Made by a program: the position numbers and the translations under genes
NCBI GenBank assembly: GCA_963759145.1
Contig: CAVWYB010000017.1
Location: 14,899-78,898, forward strand
Source of the DNA: an uncultured Solirubrobacterales bacterium
GTDB lineage: Bacteria; Actinomycetota; Thermoleophilia; Solirubrobacterales; JBBDJG01
Direction of reading: 5' to 3'
Length of the DNA stretch: 64,000 nucleotides
The notes under the pieces: generated by a model
Database searches by the model: none
Seen by the model: the letters and a program-made list of their open reading frames with translations, nothing else
Told to the model about the DNA's origin: nothing
Shown: positions 47,639 through 59,715 of the stretch, piece after piece
Numbering within the stretch: position 1 is the stretch's first letter
Layout of the letters: every line of letters begins with the position of its first letter

Positions 47639-50199
47639 CTACTCGTAGGCCAGCGCGTCCAGCACGTCGAGGCGCGAGGCACGCCGCGCCGGCGGGATCG
47701 CGGCCAGCACGCCCGCGACGATCGCGAGCAGGGCGAACACGAACAGGCTGGCGACCGGGATCGACAGGATGAACCCCTCGTCGGAGAGGGCGACAGTGGT
47801 CACGACGCCGAGGATCAGGCCGAGCACCAGCCCGAGGGCGGCGCCGATCAGGGCGGTGATCACCGACTCGTAGCGCACGATCCGCCGGATCAGGCGGCGC
47901 GACGTGCCGATCGCGCGCATCATGCCGATCTCGCGGGTGCGCTCGTGGATCGACAGCACGAGCGTGTTCACGATCCCGAACAGGGAGATGATCACAGAGA
48001 GGGAGAGCAGGAGATAGATCAGCGTCAGGAACTGGTTCACCCGCCCGGTGATCGAGTTCTTGAACTCGTCCTGGTCCTGAACCTCCTCGACGGGGAAGCG
48101 AGCTTCCAGCACGCGCGCCACGCGGTCTTGAACGGTATTGACGTCGGCGCCGGGCCGCACGGCTATGAACTGCAGCACGTCGTCACGCAGCGCGAACGCC
48201 CTGGTCACGACCTGGTTGGGAAGGATGAAGTCACCGAGCACGCCGCCCTTGTCCTCGAAGATGCCGATCACGCGAAGGTCGAGCTTGTCGCCGATGGGCG
48301 TTGTCATGTGCACCGTGTCGCCGACGTCGAAGGAGTTGCTGTCCGCGAAGTCCTTCTTGAGCGCGACCTCGCCGGGTCCCAAGGTCGCCAGCAGGTTGGG
48401 CGGCCCCTCGTCGATCTCCGTATCCCACACCCGATCGATCGTGCGGGGGTCGACTCCACTGCCGAACGGCTTGCCGGAAGCGCCCTCGACCTCCGCCTCC
48501 GGCCCCTTCACGGGCGACACCACCGCTACGCCCGGCACGCGCGCGATCGCGCGCGCCGAGTCCTCGCTGATCGGGCTGAAGTTGCCGTCGTTGTTGACTA
48601 CGACGAGCTGCGCCTTCATGCGGTTCTTCACGGTGTCGTCGATCGACGACTTGGCGCCCGGCCGCCAGGATCGACACGAAGGTCACCAGCGCGAGGCCGA
48701 TCATCAGCGATGCAGCGGTCACGGCCGTGCGGCTCGGGTTGCGGATCGAGTTCTCGCGCGCGAGCCGTCCGGCGACTCCGCGGAGCCGTTCGAGCGGATA
48801 GCCGACCAGCGCCGCGATCGGCGGGACGACGCGCGGGCTCAGCAGGGCGACGGCGATGAACAGCGCCACCGCGCCGAGACCCAGCACGCCGAGCGCCTGC
48901 CCGGCGGGCGCGCCGCCGAAGAGCGCGAACAGGATTCCCGCCGCGCCGATCAACAGCAGCACCCATGAGAGGACCCTGCGGCGCCGGCCGGGAGGCTGTG
49001 CCTGCGCGGCCTCCTCGCGCATCGCGGCCAGCGGCGGCACGCGGGTCGCGCGGCGCGCCGGGGCAAGGCTCGCGACCATGGTCACGAGCGTCCCGACGAG
49101 CAAGCCGACGATCGCCGTGCGAGCTTTGAACGTCAAGCCCTCCTGCGGGAGATCGGCCCCGAAGCTCTTGAACAGCTCGTTGAGGCCCTTGGCGGCGCCC
49201 ACCCCGACCAACAGGCCGAGCAACGAGGCGACGAGCCCCACGATCAGCGCCTCGAGCATCACGGAGCGCAGTACCTGGCCGCGCGAGGCCCCCATCGTGC
49301 GCAGCAGCGCGAACTCTCTCGTGCGCTGCGCGACCGTGATCGAGAAAGTGTTGAAGATGATGAAGGCGCCCACGAAGATCGCGATCCCAGCGAACACGAG
49401 CAGCAGCGTGTTCAGGAATCCGAGGCTGTTCCTGACCGAGTCGGAGGCGTCCGTGGCGGCCTGCTCGACCGGTCTTCGCCTCGACCGTGTTCGGCAGGAC
49501 CCGGTTCAGGCGATCCGCGAGCGCCGTCGGGGTGACGCCGGGCTCTGCGGCCACCTGGATCGAGTCGACCCGGTGCGGCTGACCGGCAAGGAGCTGCGCC
49601 TGCGGCAGCGTGACGACCGCCACCGTGGCGCCTCCGAGCGAGGAGACGTCACCGAACTTGGCAAGCCCCGAGATCGTGTAGGAACGCCTGCCGGTGCGGC
49701 CGACCAGCGAGATCCGGTCCCCGATCTTCAGGTCCTCGTCGTCCGCCGTGCCCTGGTTGATCGCGACCTGCGTCGCATTCGCGGGCGGCCCGCCCTCCAC
49801 GTACTCGAGCGGGTCGAATCGCGCGGGTGGGCGCGAGAAGAGCAGCGGCGGCGCGCCCTGCGTCTTCACCTGGTCGCCGTTGGCCTTGAAGATGGAGGCG
49901 AAGTCCTCGACGCTACCTGCCGCGGTCAGGACACCCGGGACGGCTCGGACGCGGCGCACGAGCGAGTCGGGGACCTCCTGAGTCACCGGGCCGCTCTGGG
50001 TGTCGAACTCGGAGCGGCCGCTGACCACCACGTCCACGCCCTCGTTCGCGTTCTTGAAGATCTTGTCGAACGAGCTGTTGATCGTGTCCGTGAAGATGTA
50101 GGTGCCGGAGATCATCGCGACGCCCAGCAGCACCGCGAGCCCGGTCAGGAGCGCGCGTGCCTTGCGCGCCATGAGGCCGCGCAGCGTGACTGCCGTCAT
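47639..50199 (-). CDS. FtsX-like ABC permease (duplicated); frameshifted
   Basis: NTFSITVAQRTREFALLR and NTLVLSIHERTREIGMMRAIG motifs. Confidence 0.9.
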
Positions 50200-50948
50200 C
50201 AGCGGCGGGCCGGCGCATCGGCGCCGGCGGTCCGCATCAGCTCATGCACCTGCTGACTCGATCCGGATGCGGCGTCGTGACAGATGCGCCCGTCGCGCAG
50301 CACGACCAGGCGGTCGCCGACCGCCGCGGCGTCGGCGTCGTGGGTGACCATCACGACGGTCTGACCGAACTCGTCGACGGCGTTGCGAAGCAGTCTCAGG
50401 ACCTCCTCGCTCGCCTTGGAGTCGAGGTTCCCGGTGGGCTCGTCCGCGAACACCACGGCCGGCCGCGTGACGAGCGCGCGCGCGATCGCGACGCGCTGCT
50501 GCTGGCCGCCCGAGAGCTCGGAAGGCCGGTGCGTGCGCCGGTCGGTCAGCCCAACGTTCTCGAGCAGCGTGTCGACCCACGCCTGGTCGACGTCGCGGCC
50601 GGCGATCGTCAGCGGCAGGGTCACGTTCTCCTCCGCGGTCAGGACCGGCAGCAGGTTGAAGGCCTGGAAGATGAAGCCGATCTTCTCGCGCCGCAGATCG
50701 GTCAGCCGCTTGTCGTCGAGTGCCGTGAGCTCGAGTCCGTCGATCTCGACGGAGCCGGACGTGGGCCGGTCGAGGCCGGCGAGGCAGTGCATGAGCGTCG
50801 ACTTGCCGGATCCCGACGGTCCCATGATCGCGCTGTACTGACCACGCATGAAGCTGATCGTGACTCCGTCCAGGGCGTGGACGGCGGTCTCCCCGTGGCC
50901 GTAGATCTTGTGCAGGTCGGTGGCGGTGACGATCGCCGAGCTCTCCAT
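50199..50948 (-). CDS. ABC ATPase (LolD/MacB-like)
   Basis: [26 protein letters not shown]. Confidence 0.95.
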   Translation of the reverse strand: MESSAIVTATDLHKIYGHGETAVHALDGVTISFMRGQYSAIMGPSGSGKSTLMHCLAGLDRPTSGSVEIDGLELTALDDKRLTDLRREKIGFIFQAFNLLPVLTAEENVTLPLTIAGRDVDQAWVDTLLENVGLTDRRTHRPSELSGGQQQRVAIARALVTRPAVVFADEPTGNLDSKASEEVLRLLRNAVDEFGQTVVMVTHDADAAAVGDRLVVLRDGRICHDAASGSSQQVHELMRTAGADAPARR

Positions 50949-50994
50949 CGTCGAACCTTTCTGTTGTCGCGGGGGACAGCGCGGGCCGGGCGGC

Positions 50995-51811
50995 CTAGCG
51001 CCCCTGCCAGCGGGGCTTTCGCTTCTCGCCAAAGGCACGCACGCCTTCGCGGAAGTCAGCCGTCTTGAACGAGGATAACCGGAGGGCGATGGCGGCCTCT
51101 TCCTCCTCGTCGGACAGCCGCTCGAACCCGACCAGCCGGTCGATCATCTCCTTGTTCCCGCGCAGCGACACAGGGGCATTCCCGGCGATTTCGGCGGCCA
51201 GCGCGACCGCGGTCTCGTCCAGCGAGTCGGCCTGGGCGACTTCGTGCACGAGGCCGATCTGCTCCGCGCGCCCGGCGTCCACGTTGCGACCGGTGAAGAA
51301 CAGCTCACGCGTACGCGCGGGCCCGACCGCGTCGATGAACTTCTGCAGCCCGGTGTGGCTGTAGATCAGGCCGAGCTTCGCGGGCGGCATCCCCAGCTTC
51401 ACGCCGGCGGCGGCGAGCCGCAGGTCGCAGGTGAGCGCGAGCTCGAGGCCGCCGCCGAGCGCATGGCCGTTGATCGCCGCCAGCGTGGGGAAGGGGAATG
51501 CCTGGACCGCTTCGATAGCGCGGCTGAACGGATGGGCGACCAGCCGCTCGGCCTCTTCCGCGAAGACCTCGTCCGGGATGTCGCCGATGTCGTAGCCGGC
51601 GGAGAACATGCCCTCGCTACCGGTGAGGATCACGCAGCGCGTGGAGATCCCCTCGTCGAGCTCCGCCATCAGCCGTCGCGATCCCGTCGAGGATCTCGTG
51701 GTCGAGCGCGTTCCGCTTGGACGGGTTTCGGATCGTGATGCGCGCGACCGCCTCGGCCGGGCGATCCAGCACCAGCTTCCCCGAGGCGCGCTCCTCAGGT
51801 GCTCCGTTCAT
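50995..51811 (-). CDS. Enoyl-CoA hydratase/isomerase; one frameshift
   Basis: NPSKRNAL, FSAGYDI, GHALGGGLEL, DFREGVRAF. Confidence 0.92.
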
Positions 51812-52020
51812 TCGAGCGTTACAAGCGTGTCGCCCTCGCTCACCGCCTGGCCCTCCTCGACGTTGATCTCCTTCACGACACCAGGCTCCTCGGCCTCGAC
51901 CGGCATCTCCATCTTCATCGACTCGAGGATCACGACGGTGTCCCCTTCGTCCACCGAGTCGCCGGGCGACACCTCGATCTTCCAAACCGTGCCGGTTATG
52001 TGTGCCTCGATTGCGGCCAA
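51808..52020 (-). CDS. Stand-alone biotin/lipoyl carrier protein
   Basis: LESMKME biotinylation motif; AGGAGG RBS before TTG 52020. Confidence 0.9.
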   Translation of the reverse strand: MAAIEAHITGTVWKIEVSPGDSVDEGDTVVILESMKMEMPVEAEEPGVVKEINVEEGQAVSEGDTLVTLE

Positions 52021-52071
52021 GCTGGCCTCCTGTCGCGTTGGGGGGTCGCGGTCCGCGCCAGAATACCCGCC

Positions 52072-52789
52072 GTGGCGCCCGAATCCGTGACCGTGATCGT
52101 GACCGCGCGCGACGAGGCCGAGCGGATCCAGGAGACGATCGGCGCGCTGCGAGTGGCGTTCCCCGGAGCGCGAATCGTGCTGGCCGAGAGCGGGTCTCGG
52201 GATGCCACTGCGGCGCTCGCCGAACGCGCCGGGGCCGAGATCGTGACCACCGAGGCACGAAGCAAGGGGAAGGGGCGCTCGGCCACCACCGCCGCACGCG
52301 TGGCGCTGGCCTCGCCGGGTGCCGCGAACGACATCTTCCTGCTCTGCGACGGCGACCTCGGTGCTTCGGCGGCGGGCCTCACGGCGCTGGTGCAAGCGGT
52401 GGAGGACGATCAGTGCGATCTCGCCGTGGCCGCGTTCTCGCGCAGGCTCGGGGGAGGCTTCGGGATCGCGGTCGGATTCGCCCGCTGGGCGATCCGCGAT
52501 CTCACCGGCGTCGAGACCAAGGCCCCCATCTCGGGCCAGCGGGCGATGCGGGGCTCCTCGCTCGCGCGCCTGCTGCCGTTCGCCGACGGCTTCGGGATGG
52601 AGACCGGCATGACGGTCGACGCTTTGCGGGCGGGGCTGCGCCTGCGCGAGATCGAGATCGACCTGGAGCATCGGGCGACGACGCGCTCGGCGGCCGGCTT
52701 CGCGCATCGCGGGCGCCAGCTGCTTCATTTCGCGCGGACGTATGCCTCGCGGCGGTGGCGCCGGCGGTCCTCGAGGAACGGCCTCTTAG
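52072..52789 (+). CDS. Glycosyltransferase family 2 (3' end approximate)
   Basis: VIVTARDEAERI, SGSRDAT, CDGD, PISGQRA, FGMET. Confidence 0.85.
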
Positions 52790-53065
52790 CCGAAGTCGAG
52801 GAAGTCCGACAGGAACTCGCGCTTCTTCTTCTTTTTCGGCGGAGCGCCCCGGCTCTTCCCGACCGCGCTCCTGCCGCGAGTCCGGCTTGGTGCCGTCATC
52901 GCCGTAATAGGCGCTCTCGGCGTCGACCAGGCGCTCCAGCTCGCCCCGGTCGAGGAACACGCCGCGGCAGCCGGTGCACTGGTCGATCACGATCCCGCTG
53001 CGCTCGTAGCTTCGCATCGGGCTCTCGCACTTCGGGCAGGTCAGATTGTTCGGCTGGTCTGACAT
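52786..53065 (-). CDS. zf-TFIIB-like zinc-ribbon small protein; frameshift near C-terminus
   Basis: CPKC..IDQCTGCRGVFLDRGELE; ends FLSDFLDFG. Confidence 0.85.
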
Positions 53066-53120
53066 CGGCGCGCATTCTGGCGAGTGAGCTCACGCGGCGC
53101 GCTGGTAACTTCACGCCGCG

Positions 53121-54596
53121 TTGATCCTCGCCATCGACCAGGGAACGACCGGCACCACCTGTCTCGTCTTCGACGAGGCCGCGCGGCTGGTCGGCCGCGC
53201 CTACCGGGAGTTCCAGCAGCACTTTCCCCAGCCCGGATGGGTGGAGCACGACGCCGAGGAGATCTGGGAGGTCTCGATGGCAGTTGCGAAGGATGCGATC
53301 GCCGCGGCCGGCGTGGAGCCGGCTGACCTGCAGGCGATCGGGATCACCAACCAGCGCGAGACCGTCGTCTGCTGGGACCGGCGGACGGGGCGGCCGCTTC
53401 ACCGGGCGATCGTGTGGCAGGACCGCAGGACCGCGGCGCGCTGCGAGGAGCTTCGGCAAGCAGGGGCACGAGCCGCGGGTGCGCGAGCGTGACAGGGCTC
53501 GTGATCGACGCGTACTTCTCCGCCACCAAGGTCGAGTGGATGCTGCGAAACGTCGACGGGCTTGCGTGACCGCGACTGCTGCTTCGGCACGATCGATGCC
53601 TGGCTCACGTTCAAGCTCACGGGGCGAGCGGTGACCGACTGCACGAACGCCTCGCGGACGCTTCTCTTCGACATCCACGAGCTCGATTGGGACCCGGAGC
53701 TGTGCGAGCTGTTCGGCGTGCGCGGCGATCAGCTGCCGGAGGTCGCCACGTCGGCGGAGCCGTACGGCGAGACGCTCCCGGACGCCTTCTTCGGCGCCGT
53801 CGGTGCCGGTGGCGGGGATCGCGGGCGATCAGCAGGCGGCGCTGTTCGGGCAGGCCTGCATCGCCCCGGGACTCGGCAAGAACACGTACGGGACCGGCAG
53901 CTTCGTGCTGATGAACGCGGGCCGCACGCCGCCGCCCGTGTCCGAAGGCCTGCTGACGACCGTCGCCTGGGGCCTCCAGGACCGCACCGACTACGCCCTC
54001 GAGGCGAGCGTGTTCGTGACGGGGGCGGCCGTGCAATGGCTGCGCGACGGGCTGGGGCTGATCGCCGCCGCGGACGAGACCGAGCGCATGGCGGCCGCAC
54101 TCGAGTCGAACGACGGCGTCTACTTCGTGCCGGCGTTGACCGGCCTCGGCTCGCCTCACTGGGATCCGTACGCGCGCGGCACGATCGTGGGCCTGACCCG
54201 CGGTACCGGGCGGGAGCACCTCGCCCGCGCGGCGCTCGAGGCGATCGCCTACCAGACGGCCGACGCAGTGGAGGCGATGGAGGCGGCGTCCGGCGAGCGC
54301 CTCGCCGAGCTGCGCGCCGACGGCGGCGCGACCGCGAACGCGTGGCTCATGCAGTTCCAGGCCGACGTGCTGGGCCGGCCCGTGATCGTGCCGGAGGTGG
54401 CCGAGACCACCGCGCTGGGGGCCGCGTACCTGGCCGGGCGTGGGAGCCGGCGCCTGGACGCTGGAACAGGTCTCGGGGCTCTGGCGAGAGGCGGCCCGGT
54501 ACGAGCCGCGCATGGGCGACGACGAGCGGCAGTCGCTGCTGGAGCAGTGGCGGCGGGCGGTGCGAGCGCTCGCGCGACTGGGCCCGCCCGGTGTAA
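53121..54596 (+). CDS. glpK: Glycerol kinase; frameshifted
   Basis: [45 protein letters not shown]. Confidence 0.95.
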
Positions 54597-54630
54597 CTGG
54601 GCCTCGCGGCGGGGGTAGCAACCGGCACCG

Positions 54631-55386
54631 ATGAAGTCCCAGGTCTACATCGACCCGCGCCCGGAGGAGTTCTTCACCAAGTATCACGGGCGCACCCGCA
54701 CGAGGCGGCCCGACTGGGTCTACCGGCTCGCGCGCGTCGTCCTGACCATCCCGCTGCTCGTCTTCTACCGGTTTCGCGCGATCGGCGTCGACATCGTGCC
54801 GGCGCAGGGTCCGGTGATCCTCGCTCCCAACCACTTCAGCTTCTTCGACCACTTCTTCATCGCGGTGCTCCTGCGCCGCGAGGTCCAGTTCATGGCGAAG
54901 TCGCAGCTCTTCAGGCCGCCGCTGCTCGACTTCATCCTCACGCACGGCGGCACCTTCCCCGTGCGCCGGGGCCAGAAGGACGAGGAGGCGTTCATCACCG
55001 CGCACTCGATCCTGGACCGCGGCGGGACCGTGCTGATGTACGCGGAGGGCGGGCGCTCGCGCTCGAAGCGACTCGGCGAGCCGAAGCCGGGCCTCGGGCG
55101 CCTGGTGCTGGAGTCCGGCGTGCCGGTGATCCCGATCGCGATCCACGGATCGCAGCACCTGCGCGAGGCGAAGCGCGGCCGGCTCTCGCCGAAGGTCACG
55201 GTCCACTACGGAGAGCCGATCACCTATCAGCAGGTCGAGCACCCCACGCGCGAGCAGGCTCAAGAGGTCGCCAACGAGGTGTTCGAGCGCGTGAAGGGCA
55301 TGTACGACGCGCTCGACGCACAGGGCCGGCGCGGCGTGCTGGCGGCGCTGCGGGCCGAGCACCACAGGCCCGTTCACAACTACTAG
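54631..55386 (+). CDS. Lysophospholipid acyltransferase (PlsC family)
   Basis: PNHFSFFD (NHxxxxD), FMAK, AEGGRS. Confidence 0.9.
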   Translation: MKSQVYIDPRPEEFFTKYHGRTRTRRPDWVYRLARVVLTIPLLVFYRFRAIGVDIVPAQGPVILAPNHFSFFDHFFIAVLLRREVQFMAKSQLFRPPLLDFILTHGGTFPVRRGQKDEEAFITAHSILDRGGTVLMYAEGGRSRSKRLGEPKPGLGRLVLESGVPVIPIAIHGSQHLREAKRGRLSPKVTVHYGEPITYQQVEHPTREQAQEVANEVFERVKGMYDALDAQGRRGVLAALRAEHHRPVHNY

Positions 55387-55505
55387 AGCGCTCCGAGGTG
55401 GCGCCGGGCCGCCGGCCTGGCATATCCTGGCTCCGGTCTGGAACTACGCAGCGACGGCTGGATGGAGCCCGGCCGTGGAAAGGTCAGAGGCCCAACGAAA
55501 GGCCC

Positions 55506-56354
55506 ATGAACGGATTCACGGCAGCAAGGCGAGCGCTCCTGTGCGCGGCACTCGCCGCGCGCTGCTCGCCCCCTCGGCCGGTGCCGAGCCGGTCGACCGC
55601 ATGCACTCCTGCGACAAGCTCGAGCTGGCCCGGTTCGAGGACACAGCTCGCGGCCCAGGGCCTCGCCTGCCGGCGCGCCCGGGCGCTGCTGCGCGGCTGG
55701 CTCGCGAAGACCTGGTCGCTCGCGGGAGAAGGCCTTCCCCGCAGCACGCGACGGCATCACTGGCAGTGCCGGCGAGGCCTGGCGTGGTCGTGCGCGCTGA
55801 ACGGCCGCCGGGTCCGCATGGTCTTCAGGCTCGAGCTGCGACGCACGGCCGACCTCGTCGCCACGCTCGAGACGGCGCACGGCACCGGGGTCGCGGGCGA
55901 GCGCCTTCGTCGACTACACGATCGTGGTCCGCAACCTGGGCACGGACGCGGTCGCCCGCACGCCTCTTCTTCACGATGCCGCCGGCGCGCATCTTTCTGG
56001 GGGGCGACGCCGAGCCAGGGCCGCTGCGGCCGGCCGGACGACGGCGGCCTGATCTGCGCGCTCGGCTCGATCGGAACCGGGATCGATGACCGCGCGGCGG
56101 TCACGATCACGATGGGATACGACTGCTTCTCGCTCGATCCGATCGGGCCGGCCGACGTGCTCGTATCGAGCATCGCAGGAGACCTCGACCGCTCCAACAA
56201 CCGGGCGTTCGTGGACGAGCGTGATCGCGACTGCCCGGATCCGCTCGATACATGGTTCGACGAACCGGATCCCGCCCCGAGATTCCCGACGCCGCCGGGC
56301 CCCGAGGATCCGCCTCCGGCACCCGAGGACCCGGCGCCTCCACCGGAGGACTAG
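55506..56354 (+). CDS. Secreted Cys-containing protein with DUF11-like domain and Pro-rich tail; frameshifted
   Basis: Signal-like N-terminus, ADL..YTIVVRNLG, PSQGRC, CALG, DLDRSNN. Confidence 0.6.
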   Translation: MNGFTAARRALLCAALAARCSPPRPVPSRSTACTPATSSSWPGSRTQLAAQGLACRRARALLRGWLAKTWSLAGEGLPRSTRRHHWQCRRGLAWSCALNGRRVRMVFRLELRRTADLVATLETAHGTGVAGERLRRLHDRGPQPGHGRGRPHASSSRCRRRASFWGATPSQGRCGRPDDGGLICALGSIGTGIDDRAAVTITMGYDCFSLDPIGPADVLVSSIAGDLDRSNNRAFVDERDRDCPDPLDTWFDEPDPAPRFPTPPGPEDPPPAPEDPAPPPED

Positions 56355-56364
56355 CCCCGGCGCC

Positions 56365-56810
56365 CTAATTCCGGCGGACGTGCCAGTCGACGCTCATCTG
56401 CGCGACGCTGGTGCCTTCCCCGTCGGTCAGGTCGACGTCGACCTGGAACTCGACTTTCCCGTCGGCGTCCAGCCGCGTGAGCAGCGCGCTCTTCTCCGCG
56501 GCCAGCGTGCCGGTCGCTGTGATCGGGCCCGCGCGCCAGCTTTCGGTACTCGATGCTGGCGCTGCGCGCGAGCGGCGTGAGACTGCCCATCTGCTCTGCG
56601 AAGCCGCCCGACGAACGCCGCGCCCGAAGCGGCTTCGCCTGCCGAGAAGAGCGCCCCCGCGTGCTGCGAGGCGACGTGGTTCAGCAGCGAGTCGGATTCG
56701 GGGAGGCGCACGACGCCACGCCCGTCGGCGACCTCGACCACTTCGAGGCCGAGGTGGTTGTTGTACGGGATCGCCTGCTGCATCCCGGCGCGTACCGCTT
56801 CGTAGTCCAT
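56365..56810 (-). CDS. Hotdog-fold (PaaI/DUF4442-like) thioesterase; frameshifted
   Basis: IPYNNHLG, NHVASQHAGALF; GGAGG RBS. Confidence 0.8.
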
Positions 56811-56838
56811 CGGAACCTCCTCGACATAGACTGGGGCG

Positions 56839-57784
56839 ATGCCGAACCGTAACGGCCCGGCTCCCGATGCGGCTGCCTTCGGAAGCGAGCGAGCGACCGT
56901 CTCGGACGGACTCGAGCTCTCGTTCGTGCGGCGGGGAGTGGGTGGATATCCGCTCCTGCTGGTCCACGGTTGGCCCGAGACCAAGCGGATCTGGTGGCGC
57001 AACATCGAGCCGCTCGCGGAGGCCGGTTTCGAGGTGATCGTCCCGGACCTCCGCGGCTTCGGCGACTCGAGTCTCGCGCCCGACGGCTTCTATGACCCGG
57101 CGGCGAACTCCACCGATCTGTATCGCCTCGTGCACGACGTGCTCGGTCACGACCGCTGCGCGGCGGCCGGAGGCGATTTCGGCGGCGTCGCGATCCAGGA
57201 CCTCGGGCTGCGTTTCGAGGGATTCGTGCGAACGCCAGTGCCTGTTCAACACCGTGCTCCCCCTGCTGCCCGACGACTACGAGGCGGCCGGTCTCGAGCC
57301 GCGCATCCCGCGGAGGACGCGCGCCGCGGCCGACTACTTCATCCGCCAGGGGCGCGAGGCGGACGAGCTCGCCGCGGAGCTGGACACGCCGGCGCGCCGC
57401 CGCCGCTACATCGAGCAGTTCTACGGGTCGCGGTTCTGGGCCGCGCCGGGCGCCTTCGACCGCGACTCGATCGAGTTCATGACCGAGCCGTTCGCCGATG
57501 CCGAGAAGCTCCGCGCCAGCTTCGGCATCTACGAGGCCGGGATGGGAACCCGCCCGTTCTCCGAGCCACCGCGGATGCTCGAGAAGAACCCGCTGCCTAC
57601 GCTCGTGCTCTACGGACCGGAGGATCACGTGATCCCCGGCGACTTCGCGGAGCGCTGCGAAGTCGCGTTTCCCGAGATCGTGGGCCCGTTCATCGTGAAG
57701 CGGGCAGGCCATTTCCTGCAGTGGGAGCGTGCCGACGTGCTGAACCGGGGTTTGATCTACTTCTTCGCGGACCTCAGGGCATGA
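56839..57784 (+). CDS. Alpha/beta hydrolase (epoxide hydrolase-like); frameshifted
   Basis: LVHGWPE, PDLRGFGDS, GGDFGG, GHFLQWE. Confidence 0.88.
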
Positions 57785-58583
57785 CCGTCAGGCTGGAAGA
57801 AAGCACGGTTTTGATCACGGGCGCGACCGGTGGCATCGGCCGCGCGATCGCACGCGCGCTGCACCGAGCGCGGCGCGACCCTCGTGCTGACGGCGCGCCG
57901 GGTCAACATGCTCGACGAGATCGCGAGGGAGCTGGGCGACCGAGTGGAGGTGGTTGGCGCTGATCTCTCGAACCGGCCCGACATCGACCGTCTGGCGCAA
58001 CGCACGGACGTCGACGTGCTGGTCGCGAACGCGGCGGTGCCGGCCGCCGGACGGCTTCAGACGTTCTCCGACCGCGAGCTGGACCGCGCGATCGACGTCA
58101 ACGTGCGCGCACCGATGCAGCTCACGCTCGCACTGCTTCCGCACATGCTCGAGCGCGAGGCGGGCCACCTCGTATACGTGTCCTCACTGGCCGGCAAGGT
58201 CGCAAGCGGCGGCAGCTCCGTCTACAGCGCCACGAAGTTCGCGCTGCGCGGGTTCGGCTACTCACTGAGTGAGGAGCTGCGCGAAACGGGCGTCGGGCGT
58301 GACGACGGTCTACCCCGGGTTCATCCGCGAGGCCGGCATGTTCCACGAAAGCGGCGCCAAGCTGCCGCGCGGCGTCGGCACCCGCACTCCCGAGGACGTC
58401 GCGAAGGCGGTCGTCGAGGGCATCGACCGCAACCGCGCCGAGATCGACGTGGCCCCGTTCTCGCTCAGCTCGGGCGCGAAGATCTTCGGTCTCTCGCCTC
58501 CGATGATGTCCCGGATCACCCGGATGCTCGGCGGGGACGGCGTCAGCGAGCAGCTCGAGGTCGGCCAGCGGGACAAGCGGTAG
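57781..58583 (+). CDS. Short-chain dehydrogenase/reductase; frameshifted
   Basis: TGATGGIG, VANAA, YSATK. Confidence 0.9.
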
Positions 58584-58610
58584 GGCGCTCGTCGCGCTCA
58601 GGTCCGGAAG

Positions 58611-58836
58611 ACCAAAAAAACGGCAGTAAAGGTTGAGTCTGGAAGTGGGCGGCCGCCGCGAGGGCGACGGATCCACCGAACCTCGGATTAACCGGAAATA
58701 TTCAGGTCGATCCGACGTTCGATGTTGTGACGCGACGAAGCCCGCCCCGTTTCACAACCAACCCTCACGAATCTCGGACCGCTTCCCGACCCCCGCCAAC
58801 CCCGATCCTGCCTCCTCTTTACCGCCCGGTTTTGTT
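58611..58836. repeat. Intergenic inverted-repeat element, copy 3 (more diverged)
   Basis: Left ACCAAAAAAACGGCAGTAAAGG; right end reverse complement AACAAAACCGGGCGGTAAAGAGG. Confidence 0.6.
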
Positions 58837-58839
58837 CGC

Positions 58840-59706
58840 CTAAGCCGCCACGGGCCTCCGCGCAAACTCGCCGATCAGCCCGGCCACCCGCCCCGGCTGA
58901 TCCTCCATCACGAACGTATATGAGTCGTCGACGCGCTCCACGCGCGCGTCCGGGAACGTCTGCGAGAGTCGCTGGGCGTGCTCCCAGGGGAAGAAGTCCT
59001 TCTCCGGTGCCCACACGATCAGCACCGGACGATCGAACTGCGCGAGATGCTCAGCCGCCTCGAGCGTATAGCGCGGGTGGATCGCGCGGAGCACCTTGGC
59101 GAGGTCGCGGCGGACGCCGGCGTCCTCGAGCGCGGGTCGTATCCAGCCGTTGGTGATCTCGGCGTCGAGGCCGTTCTTGACCAGCCACCCGAAGCCCATG
59201 GGGCTGTGCCGGATGGCTGCGAGGCGCATCGGTTGCAGCATCACAAGGGCGCCCGCAGGAGACTTCGCCGGCATCAGCAGCCACTTGAAGAACCGCGGCG
59301 GGAAATTCTCGTAGGCGTCGCAAGGCGTCAGCACCAGCCGCCCGATCCGCTCCGGGTGCCTGGTGATCACGATCTGACAGAAGGCGCCGCCCGTGTCGTT
59401 GCCGACCAGCGTCACGTCTCGCAGCTCGAGCGCCGCGAGGAAGTCGTCGATCAGCTTCGCGACGCCGTAGGGCGAGAGGTCGGCGCTCTCGTTCATCGCC
59501 CGCGTGTGGGACCCGAGCGGAAGATCCGGCACGATGCAGCGGTAGTCCTTGGAGAGCTCCGGCACGACTTTGCGCCACAGGTCGCCGTTCACGAGCAGGC
59601 CGTGGATGAACACGATCGGATCGCCCGAGCCGCGCTCCCGGTAGGCGATCGTCCCCTGTGGCAGGTCCACCTCTTTGCGTTCGCCGAGTGCTGACGAGAT
59701 CGACAT
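58840..59706 (-). CDS. Alpha/beta hydrolase
   Basis: FIHGLL, PDLPLGSH, GNDTGG. Confidence 0.88.
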   Translation of the reverse strand: MSISSALGERKEVDLPQGTIAYRERGSGDPIVFIHGLLVNGDLWRKVVPELSKDYRCIVPDLPLGSHTRAMNESADLSPYGVAKLIDDFLAALELRDVTLVGNDTGGAFCQIVITRHPERIGRLVLTPCDAYENFPPRFFKWLLMPAKSPAGALVMLQPMRLAAIRHSPMGFGWLVKNGLDAEITNGWIRPALEDAGVRRDLAKVLRAIHPRYTLEAAEHLAQFDRPVLIVWAPEKDFFPWEHAQRLSQTFPDARVERVDDSYTFVMEDQPGRVAGLIGEFARRPVAA

Positions 59707-59715
59707 CCGATCCTC

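Noticed and set aside
55400-55505. Possible c-di-GMP-I riboswitch upstream of the secreted DUF11-like gene (GGCTCCGGTCT...GGAGCC)
   Set aside because: Lacks the GCAAA..GAAA..GACGCAAA elements; only a generic GC hairpin.
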